DNA of 63,724 bases, counting the filler, from Aduncisulcus paluster (lineage: Eukaryota), in assembly GCA_024181965.1 (NCBI GenBank). It is 42 parts of 42 records of this genome, joined end to end, with 100 filler letters (N's around TTAATTAATTAA, not from the genome) between each part and the next. Parts side by side here need not be neighbours in the genome. Positions count along the whole stretch, not along the records: positions 9,757 to 10,887 come from BQXS01009816.1; positions 10,988 to 12,289 come from BQXS01009817.1; positions 12,390 to 13,634 come from BQXS01009818.1; positions 13,735 to 15,636 come from BQXS01009819.1; positions 15,737 to 17,107 come from BQXS01009820.1; positions 17,208 to 18,499 come from BQXS01009821.1; positions 18,600 to 20,081 come from BQXS01009822.1; positions 20,182 to 21,272 come from BQXS01009823.1; 34 more parts are not named here. The stretch is one strand, 5' to 3'. Under the pieces are notes generated by a model. It saw nothing but the letters and a program-made list of their open reading frames with translations. It was not told the DNA's origin and searched no databases. The translations under genes and the position numbers were made by a program. Shown in pieces: positions 10,210 to 21,372 of the stretch. Position 1 is the stretch's first letter. Each line of letters starts with the position of its first letter.

Positions 10210-10887
10210 CTAATCAAACTTCATTGAAAAATCAAGCCAAGTAGCTTGATGTATAATACTACCACTGCTAATTGCATTTATCCCTGTATCCAAGTAAGAT
10301 TCAATCGTTTTTTGTGTAATATTTCCACTGGCTTCTAGTAAAATATGAGGATATTTCTCATCTCTAAAAGCAGCAACCTCTCTTATCTCATCTGGATTCA
10401 TATTATCACACATGATAATGTCAGCACCCGCATGCATAGCTTCTTGTACTTGAGAAAATGTTTCACACTCTATCTCAATTTTTGTAACCCAAGAGATTCT
10501 TTTTCTAGCTTTTTTAACAAACTCTTCAAGATTATCAATTGTTTTAAGGTGAGTATCTTTTAACATTAAACAATCATCAAGACCAAGTCTATGATTTATA
10601 GCACCACCAACTCTACTAGCATACTTTTCAAAATTTCTTAACTGTGGTCTTGTTTTTCTAGTATCCAATAAAACAACACTGCTCCCTTCTAAAAGTTTAG
10701 CATAAGAGTTAGCACTTGTAGCAATCCCTGAGGCATGTTGTAAGAGGTTTAAAAATGTTCTTTCACTACTTAATAAAACTGATGCTTTTCCTTCAAGTTC
10801 TGCTATTACATCACCTTTATATACATTTTCTCCATCTTTGATTAAAAACTTACAATCAAACTTTTCAGCTCGTGCTAAAACTCTAGC
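10210..10887 (-). CDS. nadC: Nicotinate-nucleotide diphosphorylase (carboxylating), 5'-truncated
   Basis: LDTRKTRP; NHRLGLDD; EIECE; DIIMCDN; EASGNI. Confidence 0.95.
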   Translation of the reverse strand, partial: ARVLARAEKFDCKFLIKDGENVYKGDVIAELEGKASVLLSSERTFLNLLQHASGIATSANSYAKLLEGSSVVLLDTRKTRPQLRNFEKYASRVGGAINHRLGLDDCLMLKDTHLKTIDNLEEFVKKARKRISWVTKIEIECETFSQVQEAMHAGADIIMCDNMNPDEIREVAAFRDEKYPHILLEASGNITQKTIESYLDTGINAISSGSIIHQATWLDFSMKFD

Positions 10888-10987
10888 NNNNNNNNNNNNN
10901 NNNNNNNNNNNNNNNNNNNNNNNNNNNNNNNTTAATTAATTAANNNNNNNNNNNNNNNNNNNNNNNNNNNNNNNNNNNNNNNNNNNN

Positions 10988-11110
10988 CAAGAAGCACATC
11001 CCGATGTAGATATTTTTGTTGCACAAGTTGATGAGAGATTAGATGAAAATAATTATATTAGACCAGGTCTTGGTGACGCTGGTGATAGAGCATTTAATAC
11101 AAACGATTAA
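10988..11110 (+). CDS. upp: Uracil phosphoribosyltransferase C-terminus
   Basis: Manual translation: [35 protein letters not shown]. Confidence 0.9.
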   Translation, partial: QEAHPDVDIFVAQVDERLDENNYIRPGLGDAGDRAFNTND

Positions 11111-11130
11111 TTTCGTTTGTATCTCGATTT

Positions 11131-11793
11131 TTAAATATACTCTATTCTATCTGGTATTCCTGCTAGGTTAAAACCATTGAGTCTTAGTCTACAACTATCA
11201 CAAACTCCACAAGCTTTATCTTCATTTGCATAACAACTCCATGTATGTTCTAAAGGAACATCTAGTTCTATTGCTTTTGTCACGATTTGAGCTTTTGACA
11301 TATGTACTAAAGGTGTGATGATTTCGAGTTTTGTTTCCTCTTTTGTTCCCTGATTCATAGCAGAAGACATCTTATCTATAAAAGTATCTGAACAGTCTGG
11401 ATATCCACTACTATCTTCTTGTACTACACCTATATATAAAGCTTCAGCTCCATGTTTTTCTGCAATTGCGGTTGCGATACTTAAAAAGATTCCATTTCTA
11501 AATGGCACATATGTTACAGGTACACCTTCTTCAACTCCACCAGTGGGGATATCGATAGTTTTATCTGTTAATGCTGACGCTCCTATTTGAGTAAAAAATG
11601 GGATATTTATCTCGTATTTTTCTTCAACATTTAGTTCTCTTGATATGTTTCTAAATGCTTCTAACTCTTTGTGTTCTGTTCTTTGCCCATAATTAAAATG
11701 AATTGCTATAATTTCATAGCCACTATTTTTTGCAATGTATGAAGATAGAGTTGAATCCATCCCACCACTTAATATACATACTGCTTTTTTCAT
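11131..11793 (-). CDS. queC: 7-cyano-7-deazaguanine synthase
   Basis: LSGGMDS; YGQR; TYVPFRN; YPDC; TWSCY...CGVCDSC. Confidence 0.95.
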   Translation of the reverse strand: MKKAVCILSGGMDSTLSSYIAKNSGYEIIAIHFNYGQRTEHKELEAFRNISRELNVEEKYEINIPFFTQIGASALTDKTIDIPTGGVEEGVPVTYVPFRNGIFLSIATAIAEKHGAEALYIGVVQEDSSGYPDCSDTFIDKMSSAMNQGTKEETKLEIITPLVHMSKAQIVTKAIELDVPLEHTWSCYANEDKACGVCDSCRLRLNGFNLAGIPDRIEYI

Positions 11794-11809
11794 ATATATT
11801 TATAACCTT

Positions 11810-12289
11810 TTAATTGAAATAATCTTTTTCTTGATCTGTAAAAAACTTCCAGTTTATAGGAAGAATTTTTACGATGGCATTTTTTTCTAATACCTCATTT
11901 TGTTTATTTAAAACCATAATGGCATTACATTTATGTAAAACACCAACCATCCCAGCTGCTCGTTTTTGGGAAGCTGTAAAAAATTCTCCATCGAAGAATC
12001 CAGGTATAATAGTTGTTCTACCTTTTTTATTATCAAGTTTTTCACCCATTTTTGCTAATAAAGTATTATGATAAATATTTTTGCTTCCTGAAAGTTTTTG
12101 CATTATTATTTTTCCAAATACCTCAAATATGAGTGCTGCTGCAAGTGGATTTCCTGGAAGATTTAAGACATAAGTATTTCCAATTTTTCCAAAAACTGTT
12201 GGCTTACCTGGTTTGATTGTAATTCCATCAAATAAAGTTTCCATATCAAAAGAATCAAATGCTTCTTTTGTAAAATCAGCATCTCCTAC
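11810..12289 (-). CDS. moeA: Molybdopterin molybdenumtransferase, 5'-truncated
   Basis: GDADFTK; IKPGKPT; LPGNPLAA. Confidence 0.85.
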   Translation of the reverse strand, partial: VGDADFTKEAFDSFDMETLFDGITIKPGKPTVFGKIGNTYVLNLPGNPLAAALIFEVFGKIIMQKLSGSKNIYHNTLLAKMGEKLDNKKGRTTIIPGFFDGEFFTASQKRAAGMVGVLHKCNAIMVLNKQNEVLEKNAIVKILPINWKFFTDQEKDYFN

Positions 12290-12658
12290 NNNNNNNNNNN
12301 NNNNNNNNNNNNNNNNNNNNNNNNNNNNNNNNNTTAATTAATTAANNNNNNNNNNNNNNNNNNNNNNNNNNNNNNNNNNNNNNNNNNNNAGTTAAGTGGT
12401 CTTGACAAAAGGGGACATTATAATTTCAAGTGGTGTAGATAGTTCAACCATTTTAACCCTTAAGGATAGTATATTATATTTATAATGAAAAAATATATCA
12501 TAATAAACTTTATTTATTTTAAACCTAAAGTTTTTTTAGTTTTTTTACTATCATCTTTATATGTGATATAATAACTTTTATCTTTGTTATTCAAATTATG
12601 AAGTTTATACTTCGTAGAATAATGTAGTAAATTTAAGAATAATCTAAAAAGGACTAAT

Positions 12659-13096
12659 ATGGAATGTGAAATGCCAACAGTATCAAGTACGAATAGCCAA
12701 ATTAAAACAATTTTGGAAGAAACAAAAACAATAGCTATTGTAGGGTGTTCTCCCGATTCTTCAAAAGCTAGTAACAAAGTAGCAAATTATCTTCAAAGTG
12801 TTGGATATAGAATAATTCCTATATATCCAAAAGAAGAGGAGATTTTAGGTGAAAAGGTTTACCGTAGTTTATCTGATATCCCTAGTGATATTCAAATTGA
12901 TATGGTAGATATATTTAGGAAACCTGCTGTTATTGCTTCTGTTATTGATGAAGTTTTAGTAAGAAAAGATGTAAAGTGTATTTGGACTCAGTTAGGACTT
13001 GTAAACAATGAAGCTGCAAAAAAAGCTAGCGATGTTGGTTTTCAAGTTGTACAAAATAAATGTACAAAAATAGAACATGCTAACTTATTTCATTAG
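12659..13096 (+). CDS. CoA-binding protein (YccU-like)
   Basis: TIAIVGCSPDSSKASNKV; DMVDIFRK; WTQLG; VVQNKCTKIEH. Confidence 0.9.
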   Translation: MECEMPTVSSTNSQIKTILEETKTIAIVGCSPDSSKASNKVANYLQSVGYRIIPIYPKEEEILGEKVYRSLSDIPSDIQIDMVDIFRKPAVIASVIDEVLVRKDVKCIWTQLGLVNNEAAKKASDVGFQVVQNKCTKIEHANLFH

Positions 13097-13634
13097 ATTT
13101 TACAAGTAGGGTTTAGTTGTAACTCTAGCGTTGCAACAGTCCCTTGAACTCCATCTTCTCTATTTTTAAGTGATATAGTTCCACCAATAGTATCTGCAGC
13201 ACTTTTTGCTAAAAATAGACCAAGACCAGCACCTTTCTGTCCACCAACTCTTTTAAATGGTGCAAATAAATCTACATCTTCATCACATCCAATACCTTCA
13301 TCTATGACTTTGAGTGTAATTGATTGATTGTTTGGTATGGTTTGTATAAGGATATTTTTACCTTCTGGTGTAAATTTAATAGCATTTTGTACAAAATTTT
13401 GAATAATTTGTGTTAAAAGTGTTTCTTGAATAATAGTGGTAAAACTTTCAATTTGTGTTTCAAAAAATAGATGAATATCTTTTTCTCTTGCTAATAATTT
13501 AAAATCATCAGCTTTTTTTGATACATACTTAATGATATCAAGTTCAATAGGTTTTTCAAATTGAGCACCTTCTTGTCTTCCCATATCTAAAATAGATGAG
13601 ATCATCTGGTTCATACCATCTATCTCTTTTACAT
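13093..13634 (-). CDS. Sensor histidine kinase, C-terminal HATPase fragment
   Basis: NFVQNAIKF; DEGIG; GAGLGLFL. Confidence 0.85.
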
Positions 13635-13734
13635 NNNNNNNNNNNNNNNNNNNNNNNNNNNNNNNNNNNNNNNNNNNNTTAATTAATTAANNNNNNNNNN
13701 NNNNNNNNNNNNNNNNNNNNNNNNNNNNNNNNNN

Positions 13735-13804
13735 TACAATTTGTGTTCATGGTGATGGAGAAAATGCTCTATCATTTATAAAGGCACTCAAAAAAGTACT
13801 TTAG
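13735..13804 (+). CDS. pxpA: 5-oxoprolinase subunit A (LamB/YcsF) C-terminus
   Basis: Manual translation TICVHGDGENALSFIKALKKVL*; directly upstream of pxpB. Confidence 0.8.
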
Positions 13805-14490
13805 TGATGGAAATTAAACTAGCGTCTGTTGATTCGATCATAATATATTTTGGAGATGTTATCTCTAAAGAGAATTCAAACCAAGTAAAGTCAGCCTATA
13901 AAGTACTAAAAGATTTAAACAGCCCTTATCTTATAGAGATAATTCCCTCTTATAACTCTATATTAGTTACTTATGATATTTTTAAATATACCTTTGAAGA
14001 TATTCAAGTATATTTAAATGATTTGCTAAAAAATATACAAATAGAAAATGAAAATGATTCAGAGATTATAACAGTAGATGTTTATTATGGTGAAGAAGTT
14101 GGACTGGACTTACAAAGAGTAGCAACAAAAGCAAATATATCAATCCAAGAGGTTATCGAAATTCATAGTGCAAAGCTTTATGATGTTTATGCCATAGGTT
14201 TTTTACCAGGCTTTGCATATATGGCATCTGTGAACGAAAAGATCATTACCCCTAGACTTTCAACACCAAGAAAAAAAATACCGAAAGGCTCCGTAGCTAT
14301 TGCAGATAATCAAACTGCAATTTATCCACAAAACTCCCCTGGGGGATGGAATATATTAGGGAAAACAACATTTGAACTTTTTGATAAGAGTCTCGAAGCT
14401 TTGTCCCCTATTACAATCGAATCAAAAATAAAATTTAATCCTATTTCAAAAGATGAGTTTTTACAACAAGGAGGAGTTCTTGAGTTTTGA
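13804..14490 (+). CDS. pxpB: 5-oxoprolinase subunit B
   Basis: IIPSYNS; IGFLPGFAY; PRLSTPR; GSVAIA; SPGGWNILG. Confidence 0.9.
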   Translation: MMEIKLASVDSIIIYFGDVISKENSNQVKSAYKVLKDLNSPYLIEIIPSYNSILVTYDIFKYTFEDIQVYLNDLLKNIQIENENDSEIITVDVYYGEEVGLDLQRVATKANISIQEVIEIHSAKLYDVYAIGFLPGFAYMASVNEKIITPRLSTPRKKIPKGSVAIADNQTAIYPQNSPGGWNILGKTTFELFDKSLEALSPITIESKIKFNPISKDEFLQQGGVLEF

Positions 14491-15391
14491 GGTTATAAAA
14501 GCAGGTTTATTCACAACAATACAAGATAGAGGAAGATTTTCATTTACACATCTAGGTGTAACAAACTCAGGTGTGATGGATGAATATGCAAGTTTAAGTG
14601 CACATAAATTATTGGGTAATGACTTAGATACAAATATTTTAGAAATTACATTTTCAAACTTTGAATTATTGGCAAATGAAGACACAAATATTTGCATCAC
14701 AGGAGCATCTTGTCAGTTTTCTATAAATGACATTTCACAAAACACTTGGCAAGTACATAAAATACATAAAGGTGATAGTATAAAAATAGGCAAACTCATA
14801 GATGGTCAAAGAGTCTATTTAGCTGTCAAACATGGTTTTAATATAAAAAAAGAATTTGGAAGTAACTCTACAACAATCAAAGAATCTTTAGGTGGAATTT
14901 CTGGCATCCAAATCAAAAATGGCAACATACTACCATATACAAAAAACAACGATGAAATTTTAAATAGATGGCATACCAAACACATACCTAAATATGAAAA
15001 AGAGTTAACACTTCGAGTTTTACTTTCATACCAAGAGAGTAGTTTTTCTACTTATGAGAAAGAAAAATTCTTCAACTCTTCTTATACTATTACACCTGAC
15101 TTTAACAGAATGGCTTGTAAACTAAAAGGTGAACCAATCACCTCTTCTTTAGATGGTATCATCTCTGAAGCCATTAGTTTTGGAAGCATCCAAATACCAA
15201 AAGATGGTCAACCTATCATTTTACTTAAAGAGAGACAAACTATAGGAGGCTATCCTAAAATAGGAACAGTTCTAAATATAGACTGTTTTAAGCTAGCACA
15301 AATGAAAATTGGTGGAACTATCAAATTTGAAGAGATAGATATAGATACAGCACAAAAGAAGTTAAAAGAGTTTTATTTAACTTTTAAATAA
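14480..15391 (+). CDS. pxpC: 5-oxoprolinase subunit C
   Basis: TTG start after GGAGGAG; TTIQDRGR; GSIQIPKDGQPIILL; QTIGGYPKIG. Confidence 0.9.
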   Translation: MSFEVIKAGLFTTIQDRGRFSFTHLGVTNSGVMDEYASLSAHKLLGNDLDTNILEITFSNFELLANEDTNICITGASCQFSINDISQNTWQVHKIHKGDSIKIGKLIDGQRVYLAVKHGFNIKKEFGSNSTTIKESLGGISGIQIKNGNILPYTKNNDEILNRWHTKHIPKYEKELTLRVLLSYQESSFSTYEKEKFFNSSYTITPDFNRMACKLKGEPITSSLDGIISEAISFGSIQIPKDGQPIILLKERQTIGGYPKIGTVLNIDCFKLAQMKIGGTIKFEEIDIDTAQKKLKEFYLTFK

Positions 15392-15468
15392 TTTTCTAAA
15401 TTGATGTATAATAAGTTTTTCCATTCTATTATAAGATACTATTCTACTTTAATTCAAAAGGTGTATTT

Positions 15469-15636
15469 ATGAAGAATAGTTATTTTTTATCCCAACCCCA
15501 CCAGCCATTTTTTGTATTGGCTTTTATCAATGCAGTTATATTTATGCTACTATTTATGCTCTCCTATAAAGGTGTTTTACCTTTTAGTGTGAATATTATA
15601 AATTTTCATGCTTTTGGACTTATTTATCTCTTTTTT
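15469..15636 (+). CDS. NnrS family membrane protein, N-terminal fragment
   Basis: YFLSQPHQPFFVLA...FHAFGLIY resembles the NnrS N-terminus. Confidence 0.6.
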
Positions 15637-15736
15637 NNNNNNNNNNNNNNNNNNNNNNNNNNNNNNNNNNNNNNNNNNNNTTAATTAATTAANNNNNNNN
15701 NNNNNNNNNNNNNNNNNNNNNNNNNNNNNNNNNNNN

Positions 15737-17107
15737 TATAAAGTTTTTTCAAAATAAACATGGTGGTGAACTTTTAAGTAGGGTGACAAATGATATAAAT
15801 GCAATTCAAAGTGCAGTATCTTCTCAAATAGCTATACTAATAATGGAATCAATGACAATAGTAGGTTTAATCTTTGTCGTGATTTATCAAAGCCCAAAAT
15901 TAGCCTTTTTCGGACTTATTGTTCTTCCTGTAATTATCTATCCTTTATCATTATTAGCTAAAAAAATGAAAAAAATTTCACATCAAACACAAAAAAAAGC
16001 ATCTATATTGATGTCTATTTTAGGTGAGATATTTAATAATATTGAATTGATCATAGCAAATAATTCTCAAGTCAATCAAGCAGATAAATTTTCAAGAGAA
16101 AATAAAAAGATGTTTGGTATCGTGATGAAAGGTGTAAAAACAAATGCATTATTATCACCTTTTATGGAAATTGTTGGTTCTATTGCTGCTGCGAGTGTTA
16201 TTATTGTTGGTGGTAAAGAGGTAATTGATGGTAATCTAACTGTTGGGGAATTTTTTTCTTTTATGACAGCTTTATTTATGCTATATACACCTATTAAACA
16301 TATTGCAACAGTTTATAATAAATTTCAAAAGGCAATAGCAGCAAATGAAAGAATAAACGATGTATTTAATCAAAAAAATGAAATACATGGTGGTTCATTT
16401 GAATTAAATGAAAAAATAAATCATATAGTATTTGATAATATCTCATTGAAATATGGGGATAAGATAGCCTTGAAGAATATAAATCTAGAAGCTAATGTTG
16501 GAGAAACAATAGCACTAGTTGGTGATAGTGGTGGGGGTAAAAGTTCACTAGTAAACTTATTGTTACGGTTTTATGAACAATCTGAAGGTGAAATAAAATT
16601 TAATAATATAAATTATAAAGAATTTACTTTTCAAAGTTTAAGAGATTCGATATCTATAGTCACCCAAAGAGTATATATTTTAAATGACACAGTTGCTGCT
16701 AATATTACATTTGGACATGAATATAACGAAAAAAAGGTTAAAGAAGTTCTAAAAAAAGCTTATGCATTAGAATTTGTAGAGAAAATGGAAAATGGTATAG
16801 ATACTATTCTAAACGAGTTTGGAGCAAATCTAAGCGGAGGTCAACGACAAAGAATAGCAATAGCAAGAGCACTATATAAGGATCCAAATATTTTAATATT
16901 TGATGAAGCTACTTCAGCACTTGATAATGAATCAGAGTCTATCATTACACAAGTATTGGAAGAGATTTCAAAAGATAAGATAACTTTTGTGATAGCACAT
17001 AGGTTGAGTACTATTAAAAATGCTGATAAAATCGCGGTTTTTAAAGCAGGTGAAATAGTGTGTAGTGGGAGCGAAAAAGAATTGTTAGAAAACTGTTCTG
17101 AATATAG
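15737..17107 (+). CDS. msbA: MsbA-like ABC exporter (membrane + ATPase domains), truncated at both ends
   Basis: Walker A GDSGGGKS; LSGGQRQR; FDEATSALD; IAHRLST; TM helices. Confidence 0.8.
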
Positions 17108-17207
17108 NNNNNNNNNNNNNNNNNNNNNNNNNNNNNNNNNNNNNNNNNNNNTTAATTAATTAANNNNNNNNNNNNNNNNNNNNNNNNNNNNNNNNNNNNN
17201 NNNNNNN

Positions 17208-17727
17208 GTTTGAAATATTTTCAAATGAAAATCTAGATAGTGAATCGATGCAAAAATTAGCTTTTGAGGTTTTAGAATCTACAAGAGATTTTCCTTTTAA
17301 ACTTCCTAGTGATGCGATTTATATTTTAAGAGTTAGTGCTATTATTGAAGGACTTGGTACCACTTATATTGAAAACTTTAATGGTATAAAAGATATTTTA
17401 CCTATTTTACAAACAAATATTCCAAAAGCATTGGGTGCAAATGATAGTATAAAGAGGACGATTGAACAAGAGATAAAAGATATTCCTTTTACAGTAAAAC
17501 ATTTTAAATCATCATTAAAACAAATAAGTGAAGGGGAGCTAAATATACAAGTATCAAATTCTCAATTGCTTTGGATTGCAAAAGAGATAAAAGATTTTCT
17601 TAAACCTATTATAAATGGTTTTGCATTTATGTCTGCTGGTTTTTTTGTACTTTTATATGATACAAGTTTAAGTAGTTATGCTATTTTTTTATTTATAATA
17701 GGTTTTTTAAGAGTATTGTATAAATAA
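17208..17727 (+). CDS. AarF/UbiB family kinase-like protein, C-terminus
   Basis: FPFKLPSDAIYILRVSAIIEGLG; C-terminal TM helices. Confidence 0.75.
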
Positions 17728-17729
17728 GA

Positions 17730-18074
17730 TTAGATTATCTCTACATCTTTAATATCAACGCCTGATAATCCTTCCATTTTTTGTTCAACTATATCTAAAA
17801 ATTCGGTTTTATTTTTTTCATCCATGTTATTTTCTAACATCTCAAGGATATATTTTATACCATTTGCATTTATTTTTTTAGCACTCGCAAGGTAGTGAGT
17901 AAACGCAATAAGTTTTACATCATTTATAGAGTAAAGTTTTTTATTTCCTTGCTCTTTTTTAAGGGGTAAAAGCCCTTTTTCTTCATACATTTTTAAAGTT
18001 CTTACTTTTGCTGTTAAAAGTTCTGCTATTGAACTTAGAGGTAATATGTCTTTTTCGTTATCTAATAATGCCAT
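17730..18074 (-). CDS. MerR family (HspR-like) transcriptional regulator
   Basis: LSSIAELL...RTLKMYEEKGLLP...LYSINDV...INANGIKYIL. Confidence 0.85.
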   Translation of the reverse strand: MALLDNEKDILPLSSIAELLTAKVRTLKMYEEKGLLPLKKEQGNKKLYSINDVKLIAFTHYLASAKKINANGIKYILEMLENNMDEKNKTEFLDIVEQKMEGLSGVDIKDVEII

Positions 18075-18109
18075 TTTTTATATCCTGTATGTTCATTTTT
18101 ATCTTTTTA

Positions 18110-18499
18110 TTAGAGTTCTTTGAATGCTTTATTATTATATAATGCTTTAAAAGATTCTTCAGTGGAAAGCTCATCATGTAAATTGGGTGATATCTCAAGT
18201 GCCATTTTTATATCGTCTATAGATTCATTTATATTTCCTAATATCGCATTTGCACATGCTCTTTGCCAATATGAAAGTGCATAGTTACTATCTAGTTCAA
18301 TCGCTTGATTACATAAAGATAATGCCCAACGAGTTTCCTTGAGGTCAAGTAATACATCAGCTTTGTATGCTAATGGTTCAACATCATTAGGATTTATTTT
18401 AATGATTTCATCGTACAAGTTAATTTTTTCTTGTAAATTTTCTTCAATTTCTGCTCTTCTCCAAAGTGAATTTATTGTTTCACTTTGGCTAATTTTATC
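18110..18499 (-). CDS. Tetratricopeptide repeat protein, C-terminal fragment
   Basis: TPR units ALSLCNQAIELDSNYALSYWQRACANAILG and ALEISP. Confidence 0.8.
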   Translation of the reverse strand, partial: DKISQSETINSLWRRAEIEENLQEKINLYDEIIKINPNDVEPLAYKADVLLDLKETRWALSLCNQAIELDSNYALSYWQRACANAILGNINESIDDIKMALEISPNLHDELSTEESFKALYNNKAFKEL

Positions 18500-18599
18500 N
18501 NNNNNNNNNNNNNNNNNNNNNNNNNNNNNNNNNNNNNNNNNNNTTAATTAATTAANNNNNNNNNNNNNNNNNNNNNNNNNNNNNNNNNNNNNNNNNNNN

Positions 18600-20081
18600 C
18601 AAATTTACTACCATAATATTCACCATCTTTTTTATATTTAAAAATAGCAAAAGCTATCCCACTCAATGCTATTGCTGTTGTAACTGATATAAGTGTATAA
18701 AAAGTTGTTGTACTTACATGTACATTTAACTCAGGTAAAATCTTTGTAACCATTTGAGAGAATTCATGCTCAAACCACCCTGCACTTATAGCTAATATTG
18801 CAAGCGGTATCATCGCTGCAATAACATAAAAATATGTTTCATGAGGATGTTTTGTTTCATGGTTATATTTCTCTTCTCCATAAAATACATACATGATAAG
18901 TCTAAACGAATAAAATGCAGTCAATCCAGCAGTGAGCCATAAAACAGCCCATAAAATATATGAATGCGTTCCAAAAGCAACTTCAAGAATCAAGTCTTTT
19001 GAGAAAAAACCAGCAAGTGGATAGATACCAGCAAGTGCTATAGATGCTATTGTCATAATAAGTGCTGTTTGTGGCATATGTTTTTTTAAGCCACCCATTT
19101 TTTTAATATTTATCTCGTCACCCATAGCATGCATAACATTTCCTGCACCTAAGAATAATACTGATTTGAAAAAAGCATGAGTTGCCAGATGAAATAGTGC
19201 TACCCAATAAGCACCAAGTCCAACAGCTACAAACATATATCCAAGTTGTGAAAGAGTAGAAAATGCAATAATCTTTTTCATATTTGTAGCCACAAGTGCC
19301 ATAGAAGCAGCTGCAATAGCTACAAACGCACCAAGTACAGCTATAAAATATCCAACTTCAGGAACAATTGAAAATATCTCATTTGCTCTTATTACTAAAT
19401 ACACCCCAGCTGTTACCATCGTAGCTGCATGAATCAAAGCAGAAACAGGAGTAGGACCTTCCATTGCATTTGCTAACCAAGTATTAAAAGGAAATTGTGC
19501 TGATTTTCCCATAGCACCTATAAATAATAGGATTGCTATGATTACTATTGTTTCATGACTTAGTCTTGAAATATGTGCAAAAACCTCATCATATTGTAAA
19601 GTTCCTATATTCCAAAAAATCATAAATATACCAATGAGTATTGCTAAATCAGCAACTCTATTCATTATAAAAGCTTCATTTGCAGCCCATGAAGGGGAGA
19701 TAGCTGAATGTGGTGAAAGTGTAGAGTATGGTGACCGCTTTAAATCTTTTGATTTTTCCACATCTTTTTTATGGTACCAAAACCCGATCAATCCCCAAGA
19801 ACATAAACCAACACCTTCCCAACCTATAAAAAGTCCTACAAAGTTATCTGACATTACTAGTATCAGCATTGAAAAAACAAATGCTGATAACCATGCAAAA
19901 AATCTATTGAAACTTCTATCATTGTCCATGTATCCTATAGAATGAATATGTACCATTGTTGATACAAGTGTAACCACAACCATCATCACTATGCTTATTT
20001 GATCGACTACAAATCCAAAAGGAATATTGACATTTCCAAGAACAATCCAATCTTTTAAATTTACAGTAACCGAATTTTCTG
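18600..20081 (-). CDS. nuoL: NADH-quinone oxidoreductase subunit L, truncated at both ends
   Basis: GWEGVGLCSW; GKSAQFP; AMEGPTPVSALIHAATMV; HAFFKS. Confidence 0.95.
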
Positions 20082-20181
20082 NNNNNNNNNNNNNNNNNNN
20101 NNNNNNNNNNNNNNNNNNNNNNNNNTTAATTAATTAANNNNNNNNNNNNNNNNNNNNNNNNNNNNNNNNNNNNNNNNNNNN

Positions 20182-20318
20182 TTTGTTCTTAAATCTTTAA
20201 GTTCATCAAGAATATATCTTTCTACTAAAGGTCTATCCAATATAGAATTTTTAGGCTCTGTATTAGCAAATAGACTCAAAGTAGTAAATAAAGTTATAAT
20301 AAGTACTATTTTCCTCAT
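20182..20318 (-). CDS. N-terminus of an exported protein, probably TPR family
   Basis: Signal peptide MRKIVLIITLFTTLSLFA; PLVERYILDELKDLR; start overlaps the proA stop. Confidence 0.55.
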
Positions 20319-21272
20319 TAAGCTCTTGTTTGACCGTCGCTATATATTTTAAACTTATATGTAGTGAGTCCTTCAACTCCCATAGGTCCTCTTGCATGAA
20401 GTTTGTTTGTACTAATTCCAACTTCAGCTCCAAAACCAAACTCCCCTCCATCTGTAAATTGTGTACTTGTATTGAGATATACACAAGCAGAATCAATACT
20501 ATTTAGAAACTTTTCAGCAACGGTATAGTTTTCTGTAATGATTGCATCAGAGTGACTTGAGCTATATTTTCTAATGTGTGCTATTGCTTCATCAATGTTA
20601 TTTACAATTTTAAGACTTAATATATTGTCTAAATATTCTGTATTAAAGTCTTCTTCAGTAGCTACCTCTACATCAATAATTTTTTGAACTTCGCTACAAC
20701 CTCTTAGTACTGTTGCATGTTTATCAAACTCTTGCTTGAGTGTTGGTAAAAATTCACTTGCTACTTCTTGATCTATAAGTAAAGTTTCCATTGCACCACA
20801 AATACCTGTTCTTCTACATTTTGCGTTAAGAGGTACATCAATAGCTTTTTTAGAATTTGCATCTTTATGAATATATGTATGACATAAACCCTTATCATGT
20901 TTAATAACAGGTACAGAAGAGTTTGAACTGATATATTTAATAAGCGCAGCACCACCTCTTGGTATAATTAAGTCAATATATTTGTCTTGTTTTATAAGAT
21001 TTGCTACACCTTCTCTTGTATTATCAGGTATAAGTGAGATGATATTTTCAGGAAGGTTATTCTTTTTTAGTACTTCTTGTAGAACTTTTGCAATAATAGC
21101 ATTACTATGTTGTGCTTCTTTTCCACCTTTTAAGATACATACATTTCCACTTTTAAAACATAAAGCAGCTGTATCACTTGTAACATTTGGACGACTTTCA
21201 TAAATAATACCAACAACACCAATAGGCACAGTAACTTTTTGTATACTTAAATTTGTTTGTGTTTTCCAACCC
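20318..21272 (-). CDS. proA: Glutamate-5-semialdehyde dehydrogenase, 5'-truncated
   Basis: PIGVVGIIYESRPNVT; IPRGG; FTDGGEFGFGAEVGISTNKLHARGPMG. Confidence 0.95.
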
Positions 21273-21372
21273 NNNNNNNNNNNNNNNNNNNNNNNNNNNN
21301 NNNNNNNNNNNNNNNNTTAATTAATTAANNNNNNNNNNNNNNNNNNNNNNNNNNNNNNNNNNNNNNNNNNNN

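Noticed and set aside
12402..12424. TTGACA...TATAAT as a consensus sigma70 promoter
   Set aside because: The spacer is only 11 nt instead of about 17.
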